Shown here: positions 40,905-52,872 of the stretch, one piece after another
Layout: each line of letters opens with the position of its first letter
Numbering within the stretch: position 1 is the first letter of the stretch
Assembly: GCA_964016885.1 (NCBI GenBank)
Contig: OZ024740.1
Span: forward strand, 61,318,001-61,382,000
Direction: 5' to 3'
Length of the DNA: 64,000 bases
Source: Eledone cirrhosa
Lineage: Eukaryota
The notes under the pieces: model-generated
The model's database searches: none
What the model was told of the DNA's origin: nothing
What the model saw: the letters and a program-made list of their open reading frames with translations, nothing else
Translations under genes and position numbers: made by a program

Positions 40905-42607
40905 ATATAGACTTCTCTTGTTAAGAGAAGAATGACACTTGAAGGTCTCACAAGAATTAAAAACCTTAAAGTTATTTTATTAGCTTGTTCAGATTATGTC
41001 TAGATCCGGCATTGAATTTAATTACACATAACAGGACAGGATAAAAGAACTAGAATCTGAGGTGGGTGGGTCTTTTAAAAGTTATGGGCCCCACATGTCT
41101 ACTCATTTGGTCTGTCCTGCCGGTGGTACTTCAAGTGAATGGTTACCTTTCAACTATGTCCATCTCTGTCAGTAACGCTGCATCACATCTATTATATGTA
41201 ACTAATTGAGTTAAATGTTATGGATTCGATTAACATATTTACATATACACAGAAGACTTGGTCTTAAAACCAGCGCATCCTAGTGACGCTGACTACAGGG
41301 GCTGTGGAACTGCCCCCTCCCCAATAATTATATTTTTCTCCCCAAACTACCATAACACACATTTATTTGTATATGAGTTACAGTTTATCGCATATTGAAG
41401 TTTTTTTTAAATACCAGGTAGAGATTTGAAAATAACAGCTAAACTAATTACTACAACTAAATTGACCAAATTTGCCCCCTTTCCCAATTCAGAAATGCTT
41501 CCACCGCCCCTGGACTAACAGACTGCTCACTGCTAAGTGCCAGAGATGTGTTTTCACTGTTTTTTTTTGTGCCGCAGCTGTGACTTCAGTTTTACGGGAC
41601 ATTTTTCAGCTGGTTTTTAAAAATTATTACCCAGCGCCAACGGGGTATTTTTCAAATGCCCGTCTTTACATACACACGAAGCATTTTACTTTAAAAGATG
41701 GAAGTTTTCTTCTCGAAGACTTCTCAGTCCCAAGTAATTCGCCGTTATGAACTTAACATTCACAAGTTTACAAAACCATTGGAAGGAAATCGAGCTGGAC
41801 ACGTCTGGAGGCCGGGAAACAACAGTGGGGACGAAAGACCTAATAAATTGTTTTCTGAGAAACTACAAAATAAACAGAGGAAACAACGAACAAGATGGAT
41901 TGATGAATTGGACATATTTGAGGAAACAGTAGAAAGGGTGTACCCAAATTAGAAAACTACGGAGAGATAAGATCTTTAATCAGCAGTGGAAAAACTTTGG
42001 CTGATGTCTTCCGACTCTTTACATTCTGAGTTGAAATCCCGTTGAGGTCAACTTTGTTTTTCATCTTTCCGGGGTCGATAAAATAAAGTACCAGTTAAGT
42101 ACTGGTAATTGATTAATCCGTTGTAATCGATTTTCCCTTCCCTAAAAACTGCTGGCCTTGTGCCTAAATTAGAAACTATTTATGCTAGAAACAACAACTA
42201 CTACTACTACTGCTACTACTACTACTACTAGTACTAATACTACTACTGCTGCTGCTGCTCTGCTACTACTACTACTACTGCTGCTACCTCCACCACCAAC
42301 AACAACATATACTCGTATCTTAAATTCCTCTTTACTTTCTATATTTCCCTTTTCTGAGTTCAATACTGCCGAGACATACTGTAAAAGCTTTTCTTTATTA
42401 TTTACTAAGTGATAATTAAATGGCTCACCTCTTATTCTCAACACTTATCAGCTGTCTTCCTCTAACTGTGCGTTTCATGTAGAGCCGATTCACACTTGCT
42501 TTTCGATGTAATGTTTTATGGCATGGTCATCATTTCTTCTTGTTCTGCGGTCTATCTCATCAACCTTAGCTTTAGTCCACTTAAAGATCCTAGCACTGTA
42601 CTGTATC

Positions 42608-43310
42608 CAGAGGCATAACTAGGGAAAATAGCGCCTATGGCAAGCAGTGAAATTATGCCTTGCCCAGCACTGTATGGGCCTAATAATTTATATAAATGGT
42701 TTAATGATCCAGCCACCATAGTGTTCTCACCCATATTTTGTATTTACAATATTCCTCACATCGTGGTCACCAATTTAGCAGCATGGTGTTACTGAGACAC
42801 GAGTAACATAATAATGACGTCAACAGCAGAAATTAGAGATGAAATGTATGTTTATTTTTGTTGTAGCACAAATAATGTTGGTTAACTTGTATGGTTGAAG
42901 TTACACATAAAAATGAGGTTACAAAAGGGAATGTGCCATTGCGCCGGAAAGCCGGCAGGCCAAGATGCAAAATCTCACCGTCACATGTACGTGTTGCTGG
43001 TTCGAAGTTCCTGATGCGAGAGGAAGATTCTTCAAATCTTCGCGGGGAATTTCTCCCCCAGGGCGCGTATGGATACATCCTCTTCTACTGGCGTTGATTG
43101 GCTGAACTGAGCCAAATCACGCACAGAGAATGTATGTGAGCCCGCGGAATGTAGGTCACTACAAGATCATACATCTGAAGGGGTTTCTTTTTTCACTCCT
43201 CGATGAGGCTTATTTGACTGTAATAGAACGTGCTCCTAGTCCAATTGGCGCCCCTTTCGTGTGGCACCCATAGCACGTGCCATGCTTGCCATATCCTAGT
43301 TAGGTCTCTG
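42608..43310. mobile_element. hAT-type non-autonomous element (703 bp)
   Basis: TIR CAGAGGCATAACTAGG / CCTAGTTAGGTCTCTG; perfect 8-bp TSD ACTGTATC. Confidence 0.9.
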
Positions 43311-43590
43311 ACTGTATCACACATGCAGCCCAGGTGTTTCCAGTCGCAGCTTGGTGCAGTCTGCGACTAACCCAGGTTGCGGTTGTACCCTTGGCAGTGG
43401 AGACTTTTGGTGTCCTCGGCCCTAGGGCTACCTCCCTACTCACCACCATAGGCGCAGAACTGGCCAGCCGCAGGTGAGAGGATCGCGAGCTGGAATGGCT
43501 TTTCGAGCGCATCTCTCTTGCCGTCCTCCGGGGAAACACCTTCTCCATTCTGTCCGCCGTGGCTGTGAGGAGGCTACCGATATGATTGAC
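43311..43590 (+). mobile_element. CRE-like LINE 3' fragment
   Basis: Manual translation VVPLAVETFGVLGP...RELEWLFERISLAVLRGNTFSIL, with one internal stop. Confidence 0.78.
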
Positions 43591-44044
43591 TGACTTGCTA
43601 ATAGATATATATACACATATATCTAGAATGTGGATATACTCGTACACTAGATTCAATATGTGTACAGTTTCTTGGATGCAGTTTGGACTAAAGGGAAAGT
43701 TTTAACTTGAGTATATTGTTTTTTGTTACATTGTCTTTCATCGGTCTATACAATGTCTCAATCTCTAGAATTCCGAGATATTTGTACCCGCCATCACTTC
43801 GCAAAACATTTCAAATCGTCCATAGACAAAATGGTGTTTAAATAAGGCTAAGAAGCATCTTTACTCAACGTATATTCTATCTTTACCTTCCTCGGTACTA
43901 ATGATATTGGTATATGAGCAATAACAAAGAGCAATGGGGCAATTTTTGTTCCCATTGCCTAGGACCCTATTATATGAACAAATTAGTTCTCCAGTCTTTT
44001 CTTCGGTTCTCTTTAGTGTGTGTGTGTGTGTGTGTGTTATACGT

Positions 44045-44135
<91 letters not shown>

Positions 44136-44137
<2 letters not shown>

Positions 44138-44340
44138 TAGTAACACAACAGTTAGTTCACCATACCGAGAACAACTGTTTCACCTTAGCGGATCTTCAGC
44201 TCGTACTCTGAAGACCCGCTAAGGTGAAACAGTTGTTCTCGGTATGGTGAACTAACCGTTGTATTACTACTCCTACCAAACTGGTCCCATGGACTGAGTG
44301 CTCTACCACTACGGATATTACCTTCCAGTGTTCTACCTCT
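44136..44340. mobile_element. Fold-back element family C with hammerhead motif; partial copy at 32500-32561
   Basis: 64-bp arms 44136-44199 / 44208-44271, 8-nt loop and one-sided tail, in TA-rich flanks. Confidence 0.82.
44163..44205 (-). ncRNA. Putative minimal type I hammerhead ribozyme
   Basis: Minus strand CGAG-CUGAAGA-U-CC(GCUAA)GG-U-GAAACAGUUGUU^CUCG: stem I CGAG/CUCG, near-palindromic stem III, GUU site; stem II is weak. Confidence 0.6.
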
Positions 44341-44455
44341 CTCGCTCTTTCTCTATCTCTCTCTATATATAAAAGGTAAACAGAAATAACAACACAATCG
44401 GTACAGTATATTGAAGGGATATATTAGGTTAACGCTTGATATAGCTGGAAGAGGA

Positions 44456-44491
44456 TCTTAACGTTTCGGACGCTAGTCCTTCATCAGAAGA
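44456..44491 (-). ncRNA. Minimal type I hammerhead ribozyme (Penelope-type) in terminal fragment family D (~44370-44690)
   Basis: Minus strand UCUU-CUGAUGA-A-GGAC(UAGC)GUCC-GAAAC-GUU^AAGA: intact core, stem I UCUU/AAGA, palindromic ACGU stem III. Confidence 0.8.
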
Positions 44492-44691
44492 AAGAATGAG
44501 AAATAAGATAGATTGAGGGTACGGGCGGGTTGGAATTGGAAAAAAATGTCTTTAGATAAAAATAACAGGTCCATTCATGTTGACATCTCTTGCAAAACTG
44601 TTGGTGCTGGCGTTTTGTGTATGATTTATTTTTTAGAAAAGTGGCTGATGGAGGGCGTCTACCTAAAATGAAAAAAAAAACCGTTTTGTAA

Positions 44692-44735
<44 letters not shown>

Positions 44736-45377
44736 TCTTACCCCCCCCCCCCCCTCCACACACACACACACACATACCACACACACTCACCACCACACAC
44801 ACACCACACTAAAACCTGCTGCATTAAATCGCATTATAATCCAAGTGGATCGTTGTTTTACTTGTTTCTTTTATTCTATTTTGTGTTTTACATTATTATT
44901 ATATTTGTACCTTTCCCTTCCCTAATGAAACTAATAGGGTGACACCTGCTTCTGAGGGATTAAAAGAAACTACCTTTAAACAATGTCATCTTAATGATTA
45001 TCATGATTATGGTGGTGGTGGTGGTGGTGGTGGTGGTGGTGGTGGTGGTTTAGTGATGGTGGTGGCGGTGATGATGATAGTGGTGGTGGTGGTGGTGGTA
45101 GTGGTGGTGCTGGTGGTGGTGGTGGTGGTGGTGGTGGTTGTGGTGGTGACGGTGTTGTTGGTAGTGATCATCGTGGTGATTGTTTATACAAATCCAACAT
45201 TATGATAGTAGTAGTAGTAGTGGTAGGAGCAGGGGAGGGAAGGAGTTTCTGTTGTTCTTCTTCTTCTTTTATTATTATAATGCCTTATCACATGATTAAT
45301 CTTTTCCCTTAACCTTGAGGGTAGAAGTCTAGTGTATTTAGCTCCGGTATCTGTAACGTGAAGGAATCCTGCGTAAA

Positions 45378-46310
45378 GCTGGTAAATGTTCAAGCCAGTT
45401 ATAAAATACTACCTCCCCCTTTCTCCAGGCTGGTAATAGGCTCAAAACAGATGTAAAATGCTATATCCTCCTTTCTTGAAGCTGGTAATAGGCTCAAAAC
45501 AGATGTAAAATGCTATATCCTCCTTTCTTGAAGCTGGTAATAGGCTCAAAACAGATGTAAAATGCTATATCCTCCTTTCTCCAGGCTGGTAATAGGCTCA
45601 AAACAGATGTAAAATGCTATATCCTCCTTTCTTGAAGCTGGTAATAGGCTCAAAACAGATGTAAAATGCTATATCCTCCTTTCTTGAAGCTGGTAATAGG
45701 CTCAAAACAGATGTAAAATGCTATATCCTCCTTTCTTGAAGCTGGTAATAGGCTCAAAACAGATGTAAAATGCTATATCCTCCTTTCTTGAAGCTGGTAA
45801 TAGGCTCAAAACAGATGTAAAATGCTATATCCTCCTTTCTTGAAGCTGGTAATAGGCTCAAAACAGATGTAAAATGCTATATCCTCCTTTCTTGAAGCTG
45901 GTAATAGGCTCAAAACAGATGTAAAATGCTACCTCCCCCTTCTCCAAACTGGTAATAGGCTGAACACATGTAAAACGCTACCCTCCCTTTCTTAAAGCCG
46001 GTAATAGACTCAAACCGGATGTAAAATGCTGAACCACCTCACTCTTCCCAAAGCTGGTAATTGGCTCAAATCATATGTAAAATGTTTCTCCCTCCCACAT
46101 GTGCACTTCCAGAAGCTGGTAATATGTCCAGATGTAAGATATTGCTCCCCCCACACCTGCACTTCCTAAAGCTGGTCATAAGCCCAATCCAGATGCAAAA
46201 TGTTATTCCCCCACCACTTTTACTGAAGTTGGTCACAAGCCCACGACAGAAATAAAATATTGCCTACGACTTCCCTAAGTTGATAGTAAACCCAGATGTA
46301 AAATGTTGTC
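45378..46310. repeat. 52-bp minisatellite (about 10 homogeneous units ~45429-45950, degenerate flanks)
   Basis: Unit GCTGGTAATAGGCTCAAAACAGATGTAAAATGCTATATCCTCCTTTCTTGAA; period 52 (45481 to 45533). Confidence 0.95.
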
Positions 46311-47838
46311 CCACAAAACTGTAAGACTGTATTTGTACAATAGACCCGCATCTTAAAATAGTTGTTTCTACTTTTGGCACAAGGCCAGAAAATTACCTAG
46401 TACATTACTGGTACTTTATTTTATCGACCCCGTAAGGAAAAGTTAGCCTCGACGGGAATTGAACTCAGACCGTAAAGTGACGTAACTATGCTGGAAAGCA
46501 TGGCGCCCGACCCTTACCGATATTGCCAATTTACCGCCCTTAAAATAGTGTAGGTTTGAACAGACGTTTTCGGAAATATATATACATTTTTTTAAAATAA
46601 AAAGCTGTAAAACTCTCAATGTCTGATCCACATGAAACCACATCACCTAATATAAGGGAGAAAACTCTAATACCTATTGCTATCATTCTTTTATGAGTTT
46701 TCTCAACCTGATGAGAAACTGACATTAATAATAATAATAATATAATAATGAAATTATTGTGCACAGTGCTCAGGTGCACTACAACTCATCAAAGGTGCAT
46801 GTATAGTATATAGAATAATGTACAAATGGCAGTAAAGTGAACAGTGTATAAGTCATGATATACATGTGTGCGTGTGTATGGAGGCGGGATATCAGGTGTA
46901 GTGTTGGCGAATTTCAGGCAGCATGGAGGTTTTAAAAGATACAGTGTCTCGACAGCTAACAACTGATGTGTGAAAAAATGTTTCCGAAAGTCATGGGAGC
47001 TGTGCTGTTTTCTGACTTTGTAGGCATACCCACGACGTACATAGGCACTTATATGTAAGGATCTTAAGCGTATATGTTTTTTTTAACGCGGGAATTCATT
47101 GACCGCGTAAAATGAGGTTCCACTGTATTTAGGATACAGAACACTCTCCAATGGTATCTTCCTTCAGCCATATTGAATCGGATATGATTTGAGAGATTTG
47201 GCTGCTATTTATTGCACGCAATGCGACCACGGAGAAGCTTGCTTATTTAAGCCAATAAGGGAATATTTAAGTGGTCGTCTTATCTTCTAAAGATAGCAAA
47301 CAAATGTTCCTCAAATTACACCCTACCATCTTTTAAAAAAAAAAAGATAATTTAAAAAAAGGGGGTAGACACGTTGAATAATCCCTTGAAGAGAAAATAG
47401 ACGGAATAGTTTCATCATAGGTGTGCTGAATCAGTGCTTACCTGGAGCTAACAACCACTGATGCTTATTTTCTCGGCTGCTAGAAGTTAAATTTGCTTTT
47501 CGTCATTAAAGAAAGTACCAGTCAAATACTGGAGTAGATTAAGTCCTCCTCCTCACCCTAACCTCCCCCCTCCTCCTTTTCCTATGATGCACCTTAAGAA
47601 TGGTCACGAGGGGCCTATGCAGTGTTCCGTTTTCCAGAAGTGAAGAAGGGTTGAGTGTGTGGTTAGCAACCCCTTCTCGTTAAAACTATGATATGCTACT
47701 AGAAAGGTCTAACCACAGCCCAATATGCAATAAAACACGGAACGGAGTGAAAGTCTTAAATCGGGATTTGAACAAACCAATAATCTAGTGCAAATTTGGT
47801 CCTGCACTTTGCTGTGCACGTGCGTGTGTGTGTGCGTG

Positions 47839-47923
<85 letters not shown>

Positions 47924-50130
47924 GTGCGTGTGTGTGTGTGTGCGTGCGTGCGTGTGTGTGTGCGTGTGTGTGTGCGTGTGTGTGCGTGTGTGGTGATTAG
48001 ACCGTTTGATTCATTGGTTCACAATCGTGAGGTTGTGAGTTCAATTCCCGAATCGAGTGGTGCGTTATGTCTTTGAACAAGACACTTCATTTCACGTTGG
48101 TCCAGTTTACTCAGCTGGAGAAATGAGTTGCGACGTCTCTTGTGCCAAGCTGTATCGTTTTTTTTTTTATTTTTGCTTTTCCTTTGGCCAACATCTGTGG
48201 CGTGGAGAAGAGAAACTGGTATGCATGGGTAATTGTTGATTTTCTACAAAACACATTACCCGAGCTTATGCCTAGAAGGGTCATTCATGGGGGGGGGGGG
48301 GGGGCTTAGAAGGTACAATTTTTCAAAAATAGTGGCAAACATACCTGCCAATCCCTAAAAACCCAAACTGAGAGTACCATGAAAAAAAGAGGCAAAAATG
48401 GGGAGATTTTACGTAATGAAAGCTATACTCATTTTCACAAGGGAAGACATCTCTCATCCACCCCAAAGTGGGTGGGAGATCTCCCCATCCAACGAGGAGA
48501 GTTGACAGGTCTGCTGAGGAGTACGTGGATAATAAATGAGAATTATAATTTTCGACCTTTCTTTTCCACGAAAATTAGATGGTGTAAGTTGAGTAGAATG
48601 GCTTCCACCAATATTCCAATCTTCAGTGTTACCAAGGACTCAGTTTTACAGAGAACTTAAGATCTACTGCAATGATGCACAAATCTTTATACGATATTTT
48701 TCTTTTTATAAATCGCGGGAACATTATACGATATTCCAAAGAAGCCTCCTGACTGACCCATACCTACATAATACAGACATATTCTTCTTCTTCTTCTTCT
48801 TCTAGAGGGGATCGTGAGGGCAGAGTCCTCAAATACTCCCTCCAGCGGGTCATGTCAGAAGCAACCGTCTTCAACTGATCCGGCTGAATCCCCAAGCGTG
48901 ACCAGCCTAGTTCATGGATGTTATCCAACCATCTTTCTCGGGGTCTACCCCTGGGTCTCCTGCCTGTTGGTAGATCCAACCAACCTAATTATTTTTATAA
49001 GACGTTGAATGAAACAATTTTTTTTTTAGAAAGAATTCATTAATATTTTTAAAATACATAATATTTTTAATAAAATGTTATTAAAAAACACCTTAGCTTT
49101 GGAATCCGCTTTGAGATAAGATTTTACTCTGACCTTTATTTAGATTTGTTTACGTTGGTCAATAAAACAATCTGTATGTGGTTGCTCGACCTACTAGGAA
49201 TCACGAATGCCAGATTTGGTTACAAGCAGAGTAGAGTAGAATGGTGAATATCTGAAATGTGAATATCTGGGGTAGGTGGGTCAGTTGATATAGGCCTACG
49301 ATTTTAAGGAGGCCAACTCACCTCAAATTCAAGTTCTTTTAATTATATTCTATTACTTTTAAGTACACTATGAATCCTACATGTACATGTATATAGATGA
49401 GTAGACTCCTGTCCGGGTTCATACAAACACAAAGGATTCGTTAAAATATTTTTGTTGTTCGTGAAAAAAGAAGGTTCATACATGGTTTGCCAGTAAATTC
49501 TACAGGACATATTTCGTGATGTTCTAAAGATTTTACTTTAATATGTCACTCTTTTATGAAATTGTCTGTTTTTGTCTGTTTTGTTGTTGTTTTTTTTTTA
49601 TAAAGGGAATACTTTGATATACACATATGTAGTAAAAAAAATATATATATATTTTCCTATTATCAAGTTTAAAATAAGTTTTTCAAAAATATTTTGAGTT
49701 TATATCGTTAGATAACAACACCACAGATCATATGTATTAGCAGCGATTACTAAAATACTTAATGAACAGTTTCAAATGGTGCCTACATTTCACATCTAGC
49801 CTAGGCTAGGCCTATTACCAGCTTGGGGAGAGGGCGACATTTTACATCTGGGCTGAGCCTGTTACCAACGTACCACGGCCCTTCAGGACACTGCACCACT
49901 ACTTTTTCTTTTCATATTTATATATTTTTAAATTCGCGATACTTGGTGCTTTACAATTCTTATTTTCATAAATAAGAATACTATTGAATTACCAACTGTG
50001 TGTGTTTATACACACACACACACATACACACGTATATATATATATAATATACGTTAAACCCCAAAACAAAAATAATAATGAAGAGTGCAGTACAAACAGT
50101 GTTAGCTCACGTTTGAGAGTGGGGAGGGGG

Positions 50131-50160
50131 GCGTTTCGGGCATAAGCCCTTCATCAGGAG
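50131..50160 (-). ncRNA. Hammerhead core (degenerate cleavage site) in a Penelope-type 3' fragment (~50055-50360)
   Basis: Minus strand CUGAUGA-A-GGGC(UUAU)GCCC-GAAAC, followed by GCC rather than GUH. Confidence 0.6.
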
Positions 50161-51049
50161 AAAAGTGGGAAGGAAAAGAGTTCCGAGGATGTGAGGGGGA
50201 GTGGTGGAAAGACATTAAAGGGGGGGGGGGTTAAGGGGAAGGGGAAAAATAAAAAGAGAGTAGAAAAATTAAAATGAAACAAGTGGTGAAAGTGTGTGAG
50301 TCGTGTAAGGGTGGATGGAGTGGGAGGGGGGAGAAGGAGACAGGGGGTCCGAGCGGGGAGCATATATATATATAAACACACACACACACACATATATATA
50401 TCAGAGGCGTTGGAAGCATTTCTGAATTGTGGGGGACAAATTTGGTAAATTTAATTGTAGTGATTAGTTTAGCTGTTATTATCAAATATCAAGATATAAA
50501 AAACTTCGATATGCAATAAACATAACATGTACATAAATCGTAGCGTATATACAAATAGATGTGTGTTTTGGTAGTTTAGGGAGAAAAACATAATTATGGG
50601 TGGGGGTGTTGGTGTGGGGGCCTCACCCACCCTCCAGTTCCACCACTCCTGTATATATTTATATACATTTAAAGTACCAGCCACTCTCCGATAGGTTTAT
50701 CGTCGAACCCACAGCGGTGGAAACATCTGGTGTCATGGGTCCCTGACTACGATGGGGATGGAGATGGTCATACGCAAGAACAAACTCTGCAAATTGAACT
50801 CTCATTCGGCAGATTTCCTTCGCCATCCTCCGGAGTGTGTTATATATATATATATACATATATATATATAGTAATAATAATTGTTTATACTTTTGGCACA
50901 AGGCCATCAATTATCCCAGTGGATTACTGGTACTTTATTTTATCGATCCCGTAAGGATGAAAGGCAAAGTGAACCTCGGCGGGATTTGAACTCAGACCGT
51001 AAAGGACCGTAACTCGATGCTGCAAATCATGGCGTCCGAACCTCTACCG

Positions 51050-51094
<45 letters not shown>

Positions 51095-51162
51095 ATAATA
51101 ATAAATCACTACACCCGTTAAGGGTGAAAACAGCGATTCTTTGCTTAAACTTTAATCTGTTA

Positions 51163-51229
<67 letters not shown>

Positions 51230-52449
51230 ACATATACACACCTGGTGTATAAATAATGTAGTATCATTTATTGTGTTACTATTTTCTTTTATTGTGTTAT
51301 TTTCTTTTAACGTGCTACCTTTGATAAAATTGATCTAGTGACTCTGATAAGAATAGCAGACAAAACTCCCCAAAGCTACACGATTTCTTTTTAAGTGAGG
51401 GCTCCGGACGATTGAATGTAATCCTAAGTACACTAAGTCTAAGAGAGAGAGAGAGAGAGGGGGGGGTATTTCATAGTGATGGCTGGAGTGCCCTGGTAAC
51501 AGATCTCGAAATGGGCTGATTTGGTCCTACACAACGACTAATGGACTTTCGTTGTCCTACTACTACTACTACCCCTATCGAATTTTTTTAAAATATAAAA
51601 ACGAAAGAAAGAACGAAGTCAAAGGAGTCTTGCCTATCCCTCGCCCTTTCTATTTATCTACCAGCCCCCATCACAACGTATCATCACATCATCACAATCG
51701 CCACATTAATAATTGTTTCTACGTTAGGCACAAGGCCAGCAATTACCCAGTGCATTACTGGTACTTTATTTTATCGACCCCGTAGGATGAAAGGCAAAGT
51801 TAACCTCGGCGGGATTTGAACTCAGAATGCGTCAAAGCATGGTGTCCGACCCTCTACCGATACTGCCAATCCACCACGTAATAATGTATATCCTTTCTCC
51901 TTTTTTCCCCATAACATCACCGCCTCGTTTTTTGCTTCTTTCTCCTCTTTCTCCTTACAGTCTTCCTCCAACGTCGCCGACATTTCAATCACACACAAAA
52001 TTTAAGCCACCTCCCCTCCTTCTATTTTTTCCTTGGTTCCTTTCTTCCTTTTTCTTTCCCCCGTCTCTCTCTATTTCACTGCAACACTACCACTATAAAC
52101 AGCCAATGACTTACTAGTAACAGCAGCCAAATATCTGTCAAATTACACGAGCTGTCGTAGAAAAAATAACAAGTAAAAAAAAAAAGAAAAAAAGGAAAGG
52201 ACATATTAGACAATGGACAATGTCTGAAATGCTGAAATGCCTTTGATCATAGGCAGGCCAAAATAGAAGAGAGGACAGTTGACAAGGACTAACGACGATT
52301 TTGAGGAGACCTAACATTTTCAAATTCTAGTTCTTTTAATCTGTTCTCTTATTTGTAAGTACATCATGTACACTACATAAATCATGTATTTTTTCCTATT
52401 CCTGACTTTTTTATTGTGTAAATTTTGAAAATATATACCAAATATACAT

Positions 52450-52872
52450 GTTTATTTTCAATATAGTAATAATAAAAAAGAAGGGGAAACAAAAGGAAAG
52501 AAAGAATAGAGAAATATAAAAACAAAACGTATAGGAAAAAAAGGAGAGAAAGAAAGAAGAAAAAGATCAGGAAAGAGAGGGGATAGCAAGAGCTCGGTGT
52601 CGCAGAAGAGAGGGGAGGGGTGAAGAGGGAGGGTGATTGGGCCTAGGGCAAGAAGGCAGAAGTGCTGCGCCCCGCGGACAAGAGGGCAAAAGCATTTCCC
52701 ACGGACGATGGCCAGTGACACCCACTGCAACAGCCACCCAACCTCGCGGAGCTCCCCCCTCAGACGGGCCGCAGACGCTCCGATCTTGCGGAGGAGCTCG
52801 GCAGTACAGGGTCCAAGTACGCCCGAGGTCTCGACGGCGACCAATGCGAAGTGGAAGCGGCCAGACAAACCC
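52450..52872 (-). mobile_element. CRE-like LINE 3' fragment with pyrimidine-rich 3' UTR
   Basis: FALVAVETSGVLGP...GELREVGWLLQWVSLAIVRG. Confidence 0.78.
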
